Source: Ginsengibacter sp. (lineage in GTDB: Bacteria > Bacteroidota > Bacteroidia > Chitinophagales > Chitinophagaceae). From it: a DNA stretch of 64,000 nt. The stretch covers positions 64,841 to 128,840 of the forward strand of contig JBQCHE010000020.1 of the NCBI GenBank assembly GCA_051954975.1. The letters run 5' to 3'. This document shows positions 19,560 through 29,260 of this stretch, one piece after another (the first letter of the stretch is position 1; every line of letters starts with the position of its first letter). The notes beneath the pieces are model-generated. The model was not told the origin of the DNA and did not search any database. It worked only from the letters and a program-made list of their open reading frames with translations. Both the position numbers and the translations under genes were made by a program.

Positions 19560-19632
19560 GGCCCCGTAGCTCAGTGGATAGAGCAACAGCCTTCTAAGCT
19601 GTGGGTCGAACGTTCGAGTCGTTCCGGGGTCA
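19560..19632 (+). tRNA. tRNA-Arg (anticodon TCT)
   Basis: Acceptor ggccccg/cggggtc (one G-U pair), D arm gctcagtggatagagc, anticodon stem acagc/gctgt with loop cTTCTaa, T arm gaacg-ttcgagt-cgttc. 73 nt. Confidence 0.85.
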
Positions 19633-19699
19633 CTGATTTTCTCTCAGCTTTTTTCCAATCGATAATAAATCAATTTTTTTTCTTTTCAATATCACTCTG

Positions 19700-20371
19700 A
19701 TGGACGTTCAAATTGAAGAAAGCTGGAAAAAGGTTTTGAAGGAAGAATTTGAAAAACCCTATTTTCAGCATATTATAACTTTTTTAAAAGCAGAAAAAGC
19801 AACGGGAAAAATAATTTATCCGCCGGGGCCTTTAATATTTAACGCTTTTAAACAAACACCTTTTAACAAACTAAAAGTGGTATTGCTCGGCCAGGACCCC
19901 TACCACAATAAGGGCCAGGCGCATGGCTTAAGTTTTTCAGTGCCGGATGGCGTACCAAAGCCGCCTTCACTAGTAAATATTTTTAAGGAGCTGCATAGCG
20001 ACCTGGGAATTAAAATTCCTGCAAGCGGTAATCTTGAAAAATGGGCCAGGCAAGGGGTGCTTTTATTGAATGCGTCCTTAACTGTTCGCAAAAATGAGCC
20101 CGGAAGTCACGCCAAAATCGGCTGGCTACAGTTTACAGACAGCGTTATCAAAAAGATATCTGACGAAAAACAGGGAATTGTATTTTTGTTGTGGGGCAAA
20201 TTTGCGCAGGAAAAGCAGGCTATTATTGATGAGACCAAACATTATGTGTTAAAAGCTGCGCATCCTTCGCCCTACAGCGCCAATAATGGCTTTTTTGGTT
20301 GCAGGCATTTTTCCCTGACAAATGAGCTATTGATGAAGCAGCATAAATCTCCCATCGATTGGAAATTATGA
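19700..20371 (+). CDS. ung: Uracil-DNA glycosylase
   Basis: 223 aa with the GQDPYH catalytic motif, LLLNASLTV and HPSPYSA (HPSPLS-like). Confidence 0.92.
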   Translation: MDVQIEESWKKVLKEEFEKPYFQHIITFLKAEKATGKIIYPPGPLIFNAFKQTPFNKLKVVLLGQDPYHNKGQAHGLSFSVPDGVPKPPSLVNIFKELHSDLGIKIPASGNLEKWARQGVLLLNASLTVRKNEPGSHAKIGWLQFTDSVIKKISDEKQGIVFLLWGKFAQEKQAIIDETKHYVLKAAHPSPYSANNGFFGCRHFSLTNELLMKQHKSPIDWKL

Positions 20372-20390
20372 TCCAGTAAAACGAGAAATT

Positions 20391-21131
20391 TTGAAGAATT
20401 TTATTTTTGGAATAACGGCAGCATGGGCATTGCTAATTTTTGTGGTAACCATGTTGCTTGTTGCTTTACCAATATGGCTGATAGGTGTTTATCCTGAACC
20501 GAAAAGAACAGAATCGTTCAGGCAAATATCAGTCGTGTGGATACGGGTGTTTTTTTTTCTCGCAGGTTGCCGGCTGAAGGTATTTGGTAAAGAAAATTTC
20601 AAATCCGGGGAAGTGTATATTGTAACCTGTAACCACAATTCGCTACTGGATGTACCGGTTTCCACACCATTTATTCCCGGAACAAATAAGACTATTGCGA
20701 AGGCTGAAATGGCGAAAATTCCGCTATTTGGGCTTATCTACAAACGGGGATCTATTTTGGTAGATAGAAGCGATAAGAAGAGCAGGCAGGATAGTTTTAA
20801 AAAAATGAAACAGGTTCTTGAAATGGGAATGCACATGTGTATTTATCCTGAAGGAACCCGAAATAAAACGAATTTGCCCTTAAAAGAATTTCATGATGGA
20901 GCTTTCAGGCTTGCGCGTGAAACGGGAGTGTCTATTATTCCGGCGGTTATCCTTAACACAAAAAAAATATTACCTGCCGGAAAGAAGTTTTATTTCCGGC
21001 CCGGAAAAATCGAAATTCATTTTCTACCAGCAGTTGTGCCGGATGAAGATGGAGATTTTCTGTGGTTAAAGGAAAAAGTATATCGGATAATGAATGATTA
21101 CCTGCTCACCAACGGTAAATGGCAGGTTTAA
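20391..21131 (+). CDS. 1-acyl-sn-glycerol-3-phosphate acyltransferase family protein
   Basis: N-terminal TM, HX4D motif (CNHNSLLD) and IYPEGTRN, typical of PlsC-type acyltransferases. Confidence 0.8.
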   Translation: MKNFIFGITAAWALLIFVVTMLLVALPIWLIGVYPEPKRTESFRQISVVWIRVFFFLAGCRLKVFGKENFKSGEVYIVTCNHNSLLDVPVSTPFIPGTNKTIAKAEMAKIPLFGLIYKRGSILVDRSDKKSRQDSFKKMKQVLEMGMHMCIYPEGTRNKTNLPLKEFHDGAFRLARETGVSIIPAVILNTKKILPAGKKFYFRPGKIEIHFLPAVVPDEDGDFLWLKEKVYRIMNDYLLTNGKWQV

Positions 21132-21137
21132 GAATGG

Positions 21138-21803
21138 TTATTCAATCATTTTATTCCTCATGCCATACATAATCAGGCCCCCGATGGTTTTGGCGCCCAC
21201 TTTATTTTTCATATTTTGCCTGATGGTCTCAATGGTTCTGGGGCTCAGGAAAATAATCTTTGAAATTTCGTCGGTGGTTTTATCTTCTCCTAATAACTGA
21301 AGGATTTTTAACTCTTTTTCATTAAAATTTACAGGAAGCTCGCGGCCATATTGGGTTTTTACATTCCTTTTCTGCATCAGTTTACCCATTACAGCCTTAT
21401 TTACCAGCTGATTAAAATAAAATTCTTCGTTCATGCAGGTAATAATAGCTTCATAAATTTCATCCGGATCGGTAGTTTTGGTCAGGTAGGCATTGGCTCC
21501 CATTTCCATCATTTTACTAATCATTTGCTGATCGTCATACATCGAAACAACAATAATTTTAAGATTATCATATTCTTTCCGGAGCATCTCAATCGCGTTT
21601 ATTCCATCAATTTCAGGCATCCTGATATCCATCAAAATTAAATCTGGCTTTTTAATGGTCATTTTGTGCATCAAATCTTTTCCGTCTTCCGCTTCCCAAA
21701 GTAATTTAAGATTTTCCCTGGGCGTAAGCGCCATTTTAATTCCGTCTCTGAAAATTTTGTGATCGTCTGCAATAGCAAATTTAATAATGGTAGATAGCGA
21801 CAT
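21138..21803 (-). CDS. NarL/LuxR-family response regulator
   Basis: Receiver domain (AIADDHKIFRDG...LILMDIRMPEIDG) plus a C-terminal LuxR HTH (LKILQLLGEDKTTDEISKIIFLSPRTIETIRQNM). Confidence 0.88.
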   Translation of the reverse strand: MSLSTIIKFAIADDHKIFRDGIKMALTPRENLKLLWEAEDGKDLMHKMTIKKPDLILMDIRMPEIDGINAIEMLRKEYDNLKIIVVSMYDDQQMISKMMEMGANAYLTKTTDPDEIYEAIITCMNEEFYFNQLVNKAVMGKLMQKRNVKTQYGRELPVNFNEKELKILQLLGEDKTTDEISKIIFLSPRTIETIRQNMKNKVGAKTIGGLIMYGMRNKMIE

Positions 21804-22473
21804 TGAATTTAAATCTTGGGATAGTGTAAATATAGTGACAATAATGAATATTTAGAAAGTATATTACAGCTTGCTAATCTGATTATTAAGAATTTTATTG
21901 AACAAATTGTATCGTAAAATTTCGGTCTTATTTGCTGGTAATTTTCCCTTTCGGATTTATGTCTTTTTACTATTTGTCCGTATTTTTTCAGGGAAAAAAA
22001 AGCGAAAATGTGCTCTGTTTGTTCTTGGATCACTCCATTATCTTTGCTTGAAATTCGTTGACAGCGTACTTTTGATCCTCGCACCTGCAGCAGATAGCAT
22101 TACCCTCAAAAGCAGGTTCAACCTATTTCTTCGTTTTACAGACTTCACTGGTCAATGAACCTTTGTTACAAATCAAAATCCAGGCAATTCTGCCCGGTAG
22201 CTTTACAAAATACAAACTATCAGGATAATTGCCTGAGTAAAAATCTATTTTTTGAATAGTAAATTTACGGTAAATGTATCGTGATACTACGCATTTTTTC
22301 CGCGTTATTTTACGTTTGATTTTCGCTGAAACCCTTAATGGTACAACGTTTTAGCGAAAATACATCAATTGTGTCATAAAATAAGCCCTTGTTTGAAATT
22401 TTTATTTATATGAAGTTAGCTGTCTGATTACTCAGATAAACCATATTAAAAAACAAACAAAAAACTTACAGTT

Positions 22474-22839
22474 ATGAACACAATCACAACAGCAGCAGAA
22501 ACAAAAAGTCTTGCTCAGGTAGGAGAAGAAATCGGATTAGCAGAAGGAATCCAATTGGTAAATGACTTCAGGGAAGCTAATCCTGATGCTACACCAGGTT
22601 ACTACATTGGCCGTAACATCCTGGACCAGATTTTAAGCCAGCCAGGTTGCGTAGGAATTAACTTCCGCAAATGCCTTTCAAACAGTGAAGAACATCTGGT
22701 TTACTCAGGCGTTGACGCTGATGGCAAAGATATCCTTAGCTTTTCATTAGTTACAAATACCGGTGATATTGAAAAATATGATGGCATTGTAGCTGACAGG
22801 ATTATCATCAACTGGGATCTCCTTGACGATAAAAAATAA
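22474..22839 (+). CDS. Hypothetical soluble protein (121 aa), no family recognised
   Basis: Clean ORF with an ATG start after a long leader and no signal peptide or TM. It is co-directional with the downstream membrane protein/kinase/regulator genes. Confidence 0.55.
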   Translation: MNTITTAAETKSLAQVGEEIGLAEGIQLVNDFREANPDATPGYYIGRNILDQILSQPGCVGINFRKCLSNSEEHLVYSGVDADGKDILSFSLVTNTGDIEKYDGIVADRIIINWDLLDDKK

Positions 22840-22890
22840 TTGGACAATTTTTAAAATGTGAACAATAGATTTTGATTTATGTAGTTATAT

Positions 22891-23628
22891 TTGAAAGAAA
22901 ATGTAACTGCAATTCTGAAATATCTATTATATACAGGAATTTTTTCAACTACACTACCCTTGGTGTTCTATTTGTTGTTTAAAAGAAACAGCAAAGAGAA
23001 ATCACTGAGGGTAATTTTATTTTATATAGCTTATTGTATTTTTAATGAAGGGTTAAGTTTTTATCTTCAAAGCATCAATAGTGAAGCTTTTGTGATGGTA
23101 CTCTATTCTTTCACAATTCTTGAATTTTCTTTTTTCTGCCTATTCATATTTGTAATAATTCCTGATAGCTTTGTTAAACGAATAATTCCATATTTGTGGC
23201 TTAGTTTTATAATATTCTATTTTAGTGACTTAATTTTTATCAATAAGGGCCGGGGCTTCGATTCAATTGCAATGGGGATTGAGTGCATCTTAGTTTTGTT
23301 TTTGTGCAGTTCTTATTTATTTCTTATTCTCCGCAAATCGAATAATTTATTTATTTATTCAACCTTTGAATTCTGGGTTGTAATCACTTTTTTAATTTAC
23401 TTTTCTGGTACTTTCTTTCTTTATATTTTGGTCGAAAGTATGAAAGACAATCTCGCTTTCAGAAAGCAATACTTTATTATTAATATCTCCTTCAACATTC
23501 TGAAAAATGTTTTACTTAGTATTGCTATGACTATGAAGTTAAGCAATGCAGTAAAGCGACAAAAAAACACTCTTCCTGATTTGGATGATGATTTTTTCAT
23601 TTCAGAAAATGTTAACTTTCCGAACTAA
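22891..23628 (+). CDS. Polytopic integral membrane protein (6-7 TM), candidate stand-alone sensor module
   Basis: 245 aa, almost entirely hydrophobic helices. TTG start (no in-frame ATG near the 5' end; an in-frame TAG lies at 22882-22884). Its stop overlaps the kinase ATG (TAATG, 23626-23630). Confidence 0.6.
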   Translation: MKENVTAILKYLLYTGIFSTTLPLVFYLLFKRNSKEKSLRVILFYIAYCIFNEGLSFYLQSINSEAFVMVLYSFTILEFSFFCLFIFVIIPDSFVKRIIPYLWLSFIIFYFSDLIFINKGRGFDSIAMGIECILVLFLCSSYLFLILRKSNNLFIYSTFEFWVVITFLIYFSGTFFLYILVESMKDNLAFRKQYFIINISFNILKNVLLSIAMTMKLSNAVKRQKNTLPDLDDDFFISENVNFPN

Positions 23629-24446
23629 TGTCTTTTTTGCAATCCACTTTAGGCGTTTCGAGTGTGCTCATACTGGGAACTCTTGGTATGTTTTTTATGG
23701 CCATTACGCTGGTCTCAATAGTGGTTTTTCACCAAAGAAGGGTTATCCGGTTTAATAAACAAATTCAAAAAATGGAGGAGGAGCGGCAGCAAATGCTTTT
23801 GCGCGCCTCTATACAATCCCAGGAGGAAGAAAGGCAACGCATTGCTGCCGATTTACATGATGACGCCGGCCCGCTTTTGGCAACCGCCCGCCTTTATCTC
23901 AATGAGAATCTGATTCATCAGGAACCGGCCACGCAACTACAGGCAATTTTCAGCGCTAAACAAATCATTGACGACAGTATCCAGCTAATCAGAAATATTT
24001 CTCATAGCCTTATGCCTCCTACTTTAAAGAATTTCGGATTGGAAGCTGCCATAAAAGACCAGTTTGAAAAAATAAATGCATCGGGTTCTATCAACGCCAG
24101 TGCAAGGTTTCATGATAACCGTCAAAGATTAAGCGATGAGCAGGAATTGTTGGTTTTTCGCGTGATTCAGGAGTTAGTCACTAATATTCTTAAGCACAGC
24201 AGCGCTGGTTTTATTCATTTGACACAAAATGCACAGGGCAATTCAGTATTTTTCAGAGTGCATCATGATGGAAGAGGTATATTGCAACAAGATTTTGAAA
24301 AAATGGAACATGGGGCCACAGGGTTAGGATTAAAAAATATTCAAAGCAGGATAAGAGTATTGAAAGGAAAAATTACTTTTGAGATCGATAATACTCATAC
24401 TTACTATAAAGTAACGATAGAAGTGCCCAGATTACCTTACAAATAA
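23628..24446 (+). CDS. Sensor histidine kinase, HisKA_3 (NarX/DegS-like) class
   Basis: Single N-terminal TM, coiled-coil region, H-box ERQRIAADLHDDAGPLLA and a HATPase_c region with GLGLKNIQSRI. Confidence 0.85.
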   Translation: MSFLQSTLGVSSVLILGTLGMFFMAITLVSIVVFHQRRVIRFNKQIQKMEEERQQMLLRASIQSQEEERQRIAADLHDDAGPLLATARLYLNENLIHQEPATQLQAIFSAKQIIDDSIQLIRNISHSLMPPTLKNFGLEAAIKDQFEKINASGSINASARFHDNRQRLSDEQELLVFRVIQELVTNILKHSSAGFIHLTQNAQGNSVFFRVHHDGRGILQQDFEKMEHGATGLGLKNIQSRIRVLKGKITFEIDNTHTYYKVTIEVPRLPYK

Positions 24447-24500
24447 AATTATTGTGTTTTATCTTTTTTTCTATTATCTTTTCCCTCTAAGCTGGTACAT

Positions 24501-25157
24501 ATGACCCCCGAATCTATAAAAGTAGCTATAGCGGATGATCACCAAATCTTCAGGAAAGGCGTAATCCTTTCCTTAAGATCTTACCATAACTTTAATTTTA
24601 TCCTCGAAGCGGAGAATGGCGAAGAACTGATAAAAGGTATCGAAAAGGAACAGCCCGATATTGTTTTGATGGATCTGAAAATGCCGGTTAAAGATGGCAT
24701 TGAAACCACAAAATATCTTAATAAACATTTTCCCCGCGTAAGAATCCTCATACTTACCATGTTTGAAGATGAAAGGTTTGTCGGCCATTTGATGGAAAGC
24801 GGTGCAAATGGTTATTTACTTAAAAGCACAGAACCGGCAGAAATTAAGCAGGCAATCATGGATGTAATGACTACCGGATTTTACCTGAATAATTTTGTGA
24901 ACCGCGTTTTGATTAAAAAGAATTACGCCAAGCAAAAGTTTAATCCGAACCTGAACAGTGAAATTGTGGTAAGCGACCGGGAAAAAGAGGTGCTCTCGCT
25001 GGTTTGCATGGAATATACCGCCCAGGAAATTGCCCAAAAAATGAACCTAAGCCCGAGAACGGTGGAAGCAATTAAAGACAGGCTGATGGAACGGTTTGGT
25101 GTAAAGAATTCTGTAGGCCTTGTATTTTTTGCAATGAAAAATTCGTTGATAGATTAG
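24501..25157 (+). CDS. NarL/LuxR-family response regulator
   Basis: Receiver domain (AIADDHQIFRKG...IVLMDLKMPVKDG) plus a LuxR HTH (REKEVLSLVCMEYTAQEIAQKMNLSPRTVEAIKDRL). It is a paralog of the 21138-21803 product. Confidence 0.88.
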   Translation: MTPESIKVAIADDHQIFRKGVILSLRSYHNFNFILEAENGEELIKGIEKEQPDIVLMDLKMPVKDGIETTKYLNKHFPRVRILILTMFEDERFVGHLMESGANGYLLKSTEPAEIKQAIMDVMTTGFYLNNFVNRVLIKKNYAKQKFNPNLNSEIVVSDREKEVLSLVCMEYTAQEIAQKMNLSPRTVEAIKDRLMERFGVKNSVGLVFFAMKNSLID

Positions 25158-25168
25158 TTTTTCGGGAT

Positions 25169-25822
25169 TCAGAATTGTATATCCGGAATTTCTCCTTCGA
25201 CAATTACATTCGCTTCTGTTTTACTCTTGATTTCTTCCACAGATACGCCGCTCGCTTTTTCCAACAGCCGAAAGCCATTGCCTGCAACTTCCAATACGGC
25301 AAGATCCGTTACAATTTTTTTTACACAATTAATTCCAGTCAGTGGCAGCCGGCATTTTTTTAATAATTTGGATTCTCCCTTAGAGTTGGTGTGCATCATG
25401 GCAACAATAATATTTTTTGCGCTGGCTACCAGGTCCATTGCGCCGCCCATTCCTTTTACCAATTTTCCGGGAATTTTCCAACTGGCAATATCGCCGTTTT
25501 CACTCACTTCCATTGCACCTAAAACAGTCAAATCCACCTTGCCGGCGCGAATCATTCCAAAGCTCATGGCGCTGTCAAAAAAGGAGGAGCCTGGCAAAGT
25601 GGTAATAGTTTCCTTGCCGGCATTTATCAGGTCGGGATCTTCTTGGCCTTCGAACGGAAATGGACCCATTCCAAGCAAACCGTTCTCAGATTGAAGGGTA
25701 ACATTAATTCCATTAGGGATAAAATTAGCCACAAGTGTGGGAATGCCGATTCCGAGGTTCACATAATATCCATCCTTTAACTCCCTGGCGATTCTTTGCG
25801 CAATTTGATTTTTATCTAACAT
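25169..25822 (-). CDS. scoB: 3-oxoacid CoA-transferase subunit B
   Basis: 217 aa. ...LQSENGLLGMGP... contains the conserved SENG active-site glutamate motif, and the gene is adjacent to subunit A. Confidence 0.88.
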   Translation of the reverse strand: MLDKNQIAQRIARELKDGYYVNLGIGIPTLVANFIPNGINVTLQSENGLLGMGPFPFEGQEDPDLINAGKETITTLPGSSFFDSAMSFGMIRAGKVDLTVLGAMEVSENGDIASWKIPGKLVKGMGGAMDLVASAKNIIVAMMHTNSKGESKLLKKCRLPLTGINCVKKIVTDLAVLEVAGNGFRLLEKASGVSVEEIKSKTEANVIVEGEIPDIQF

Positions 25823-25887
25823 GGCCCGTGAAAATTTTAAAAATGTAAATCTGATATTGCCAATTCCGGAATAAAAAAGCAGGAAAT

Positions 25888-26616
25888 TTATGGGTTTACT
25901 GGTTTTCGCACAGTGCGCTTTTCTATTCTTTTCTCATAAAAGCTTCCTTTAAAAATGCGATGAACGTAAATTCCCGGTGTATGAATCTGATTTGGGTCTA
26001 ATTCTCCGGCTTCGACAAGTTCTTCCACTTCCGCAATGGTTATTTTTCCTGCCATTGCCATAAGCGGATTAAAGTTTCTGGCGGTTTCTTTATAAATAAG
26101 ATTTCCTGCTGTATCTCCTTTCCATGCTTTTACCAGCGCAAAGTCAGGCTCAAATGCATATTCCAGCAAATATTCCTTTCCATTAAATACCCGCGATTCT
26201 TTTCCTTCTGCTACTTCCGTGCCCACACCGGCGGGCGTAAAAATGGCAGGCATCCCATACCCGGTGGCCATACAACGGGTGGCGAGGGTTCCTTGCGGAA
26301 TTAAATCTACCTGCAGTTCGCCTTGCAGCAATTGTCTTTCAAATTCAGCGTTTTCGCCAACATAGGAGGCTATCATTTTTTTTAACTGTTTTTTTTTCAA
26401 AAGCAATCCTATGCCAAAATCATCTATACCTGCATTATTGGAAATGCAGGTTAAATTCGTAACTCCTTTTTTAACCAGCGCGCTGATGCAATTTTCAGGG
26501 ATACCGCAAACACCAAACCCTCCGAGCATGAGCGTGTTTCCATCGCTGATATCTGCAATAGCTTCATCAGCATTTTTATATACTTTTCTCATCTGATGAT
26601 TTTTTTCTGATTTCAA
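25888..26616 (-). CDS. scoA: 3-oxoacid CoA-transferase subunit A
   Basis: KVYKNADEAIADISDGNTLMLGGFGVCGIPEN is the typical N-terminus. The probable start is the Met at 26592. Confidence 0.88.
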   Translation of the reverse strand: MKSEKNHQMRKVYKNADEAIADISDGNTLMLGGFGVCGIPENCISALVKKGVTNLTCISNNAGIDDFGIGLLLKKKQLKKMIASYVGENAEFERQLLQGELQVDLIPQGTLATRCMATGYGMPAIFTPAGVGTEVAEGKESRVFNGKEYLLEYAFEPDFALVKAWKGDTAGNLIYKETARNFNPLMAMAGKITIAEVEELVEAGELDPNQIHTPGIYVHRIFKGSFYEKRIEKRTVRKPVNP

Positions 26617-26661
26617 CTTTGCAATTGTGCCTTTGCAATTATTCCTTCCGAACGTTATTGT

Positions 26662-27063
26662 CTACTTTACGTTCGTCGATTTATTTTCAAGAGGATGGCC
26701 AGCCTGCTTTTCCTTTTGCAATAAATTCAATTCCCTTAATCTTTGTTTTTGCGCATAAAGACTATCAAAGATAAGCTTTAATGTTTCGGGGTGTTTCACA
26801 TACCAGTTATAACTTTGAGCAAAACGCACAGAATCGGTTTTATGAATTTCAAAAACTTTTTGAGAAAGAATTTTTGTCTGAGTAGCCACGCTTAGCGTCG
26901 TATCTTTTGCGGCGGTTTCCTGGGCAAGTGATTGCGCTCTCATTACATCCCACAAGATGCTTTTCATTTTTTCAGGCTTAATAATATTCTTCGGTATTCT
27001 ATCAGAAGACTTGCACGAAAGGAGGCAAATTGCAGTAAAGAAGTAAATGATGGCTTTTCTCAT
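26662..27063 (-). CDS. DUF4296-like lipoprotein
   Basis: 133 aa, lipobox LLSC. Its position downstream of a DUF4835-like gene is a synteny block I recall from Bacteroidota. There is a 4-nt start/stop overlap with the upstream gene. Confidence 0.5.
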   Translation of the reverse strand: MRKAIIYFFTAICLLSCKSSDRIPKNIIKPEKMKSILWDVMRAQSLAQETAAKDTTLSVATQTKILSQKVFEIHKTDSVRFAQSYNWYVKHPETLKLIFDSLYAQKQRLRELNLLQKEKQAGHPLENKSTNVK

Positions 27064-27977
27064 TTTAACTGTTCTTCGTATTGACTGGCAGAACTGATAT
27101 CCAGCTTTTTCAATAAATCCAATGCTTTTGCTTTATCTGCCGGGGTAGCTTTTGAAAAAATCTGAACCAGTTCCTGTGTTTTTGCCTGCATAAAAAATTG
27201 GAGAATCATGGTGTTAGAATTCTGAACATTGAAGGTATTCAGCATATTGAGCACGTTCAAAATATTGCCTCTTGCTGTGGCTTCCTGCTCATACAGCTTG
27301 TCCATGCCCAGCCGGTAATAATCATAAATTGCATCGTGCATGATAGTATACTTGCTATTGAGCAAGTTTTCAGTTAGCCAATAGCGGTTGCGTGTTCCGT
27401 CAAAAGGCTTCCAGCCCGAAATATTTCTTCCTTCTGGCGCATTGTTCACGATATTTTGCGCTTTTTGAAAAAAAGCATTTCCGCCTCTTAGGGAAAAAGA
27501 GTCATAATCAAGGCCGAGGATAATATTTATCCAATAAGCAAATACGGCAGTAAGATTAGATACCTGTGGATCGGTGCCTGAAACCCGGTTATCATTAAAT
27601 TCCAATTGCTGAAAATCGATGTATTTAAAAGTTACATCATTGTCCTGGTAATTGATAACCGGCGATATGTAGGAAGTATTAAAAACCGGCCTGCCGGATT
27701 GGATAGTTAGTGATCCTTTATATACGTTTGACTCGCCGGTGGATTCCAGATTCAAAAGAAAGCTGCAATCAATTTTTTCATTCGTTTTAAAAACATCATT
27801 ACTCCACTTTCGTGTATTTACGAAATCATTGAGCGCGGTTTGTAAATTGGTAAAGGTTTGTTTATCCACCGTATTGTTTACACGGTTGCTTACTACACTC
27901 ACTCTCGCACGCAACTCCTGTGCCTGACCCAGTTCAGCAAAAAATAACAATAGAAAAAACAGGAAATATTTATTCAT
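27060..27977 (-). CDS. DUF4835-family protein (annotated in some genomes as T9SS-associated PorD)
   Basis: 305 aa, signal FLFFLLLFFAELGQAQ, motif ELRARVSVVSNRV near the N-terminus. It sits directly downstream of coaBC with an 8-nt overlap. The family assignment is from memory. Confidence 0.5.
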   Translation of the reverse strand: MNKYFLFFLLLFFAELGQAQELRARVSVVSNRVNNTVDKQTFTNLQTALNDFVNTRKWSNDVFKTNEKIDCSFLLNLESTGESNVYKGSLTIQSGRPVFNTSYISPVINYQDNDVTFKYIDFQQLEFNDNRVSGTDPQVSNLTAVFAYWINIILGLDYDSFSLRGGNAFFQKAQNIVNNAPEGRNISGWKPFDGTRNRYWLTENLLNSKYTIMHDAIYDYYRLGMDKLYEQEATARGNILNVLNMLNTFNVQNSNTMILQFFMQAKTQELVQIFSKATPADKAKALDLLKKLDISSASQYEEQLK

Positions 27978-29169
27978 TTTTATAGTGAATAATGGTGTTT
28001 ACAATATCTTCGGCAACTTCTTTTTTTGATTTGACGGGAAACTTATATTCTTTGTGATTTTTATCAAATATCGTTATCCGGTTTGTGTCCAGGCCAAAAC
28101 CTGCACCTGCATCATTCGTAGAATTTAAGACGATTAAATCTGCATTCTTTTGCTCCAGCTTTTTTAATGCATTTTCTTTCTCATTATTGGTTTCGAGCGC
28201 AAAACCCACCAATACCTGCCCAGGACTTTTTCTTTTTCCTGCTTCCGAAAGTATGTCTTTTGTTTTAACTAATTCCAGCGACAGGGCATCTGATCCTTTT
28301 TTAATTTTTTGATCGCTTTTTACTTTTGGAGAATAATCAGCTACTGCAGCAGCCATCACAATGATATCATAGGATTCAAAATCCTTCATGCATTCCGTGT
28401 ACATATCTTCTGCAGATATTACATTTTCAATTTTTACAGCAGAGGAGGGCTTTATGTTCGAAGGCCCAAGCACAAGATGAACGTCAGCGCCTCTTTGGGC
28501 GAGCTCGTCGGCAATAGCGATGCCCATTTTGCCACTTGAAGCATTACTGATAAACCGCACCGGATCTAACGCTTCGTGAGTCGGTCCGGCAGTGACTAAT
28601 GCTTTTTTCCCTTCAAGATTTTTCTTTTGAATAAAAAAATCTTCGATAAAACTCATTAACTGTTCCGGTTCCGGCATTCTGCCTTCGCCCGAAAGTCCGC
28701 TGGCAAGTTCTCCTTTATGCACCGGCAAAACATATACGCCGTCATCTTTTACATTTTGAATATTCCGTTGCGTAGAAGGATGTAGCCACATATCTTCATC
28801 CATTGCAGGAGCAATCGCTACCGGGCATTTTGAGCTTAGAATTACTGCCTGCAAAAGATTATCACAAATTCCGTTTGCCATTTTTGAAATCGTATTGCAC
28901 GATGCCGGCGCAATTATCATCATATCCGCCCAACGGCCCAGCATTACATGATTGTTCCAATTATCTTCATCGAAAAGATTGAGTAAAACTTTGTTTTTAG
29001 AAAGCGTGCTGAAGGTGAGCGGCGAAACAAAATCCTTTGCACTTTCAGTCATGATGACTTTTACTTCTGCGCCGGCTTTTACCAGCAAACGAACAAATAT
29101 TACAGATTTATATGCTGCTATACTTCCGGTGATTCCTACTAAGATCTTTTTTCCTTTAAGCACAGGCAA
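27970..29169 (-). CDS. coaBC: Bifunctional phosphopantothenoylcysteine decarboxylase/phosphopantothenate-cysteine ligase
   Basis: 399 aa. N-terminal flavoprotein domain (KKILVGITGSIAAYK) and C-terminal CoaB domain (LVTAGPTHEALDPVRFISNASSGKMG). Confidence 0.92.
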   Translation of the reverse strand: MPVLKGKKILVGITGSIAAYKSVIFVRLLVKAGAEVKVIMTESAKDFVSPLTFSTLSKNKVLLNLFDEDNWNNHVMLGRWADMMIIAPASCNTISKMANGICDNLLQAVILSSKCPVAIAPAMDEDMWLHPSTQRNIQNVKDDGVYVLPVHKGELASGLSGEGRMPEPEQLMSFIEDFFIQKKNLEGKKALVTAGPTHEALDPVRFISNASSGKMGIAIADELAQRGADVHLVLGPSNIKPSSAVKIENVISAEDMYTECMKDFESYDIIVMAAAVADYSPKVKSDQKIKKGSDALSLELVKTKDILSEAGKRKSPGQVLVGFALETNNEKENALKKLEQKNADLIVLNSTNDAGAGFGLDTNRITIFDKNHKEYKFPVKSKKEVAEDIVNTIIHYKNE

Positions 29170-29191
29170 GTTTTATTTGGAAAGATACTAT

Positions 29192-29221
29192 TAATTAAAA
29201 ATGGTGGAAATATCCACCATT
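29192..29221 (-). terminator. Rho-independent terminator after the omega-like gene
   Basis: Stem atggtgga/tccaccat with loop aata (29201-29220). On the minus strand it is followed by TTTTTAATTAA. Confidence 0.6.
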
Positions 29222-29260
29222 AAAATTATCATTTCTTATTAAAATAAAGTGTAAAAACGA

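Noticed and set aside
19560-19632. Possible amber-suppressor tRNA (anticodon CTA) on a first reading of ...ccttctaagc...
   Set aside because: Refolding with the 5-bp anticodon stem acagc/gctgt gives the 7-nt loop cTTCTaa, with U33 and A37 in place. The anticodon is therefore TCT (Arg), an ordinary tRNA.
26380-26405. T8/T9 homopolymer runs inside the CoA-transferase subunit A gene, considered as possible phase-variation tracts.
   Set aside because: They encode a lysine-rich linker (LLKKKQLKK) in frame within an intact, conserved housekeeping ORF, and there is no sign of a frameshift.
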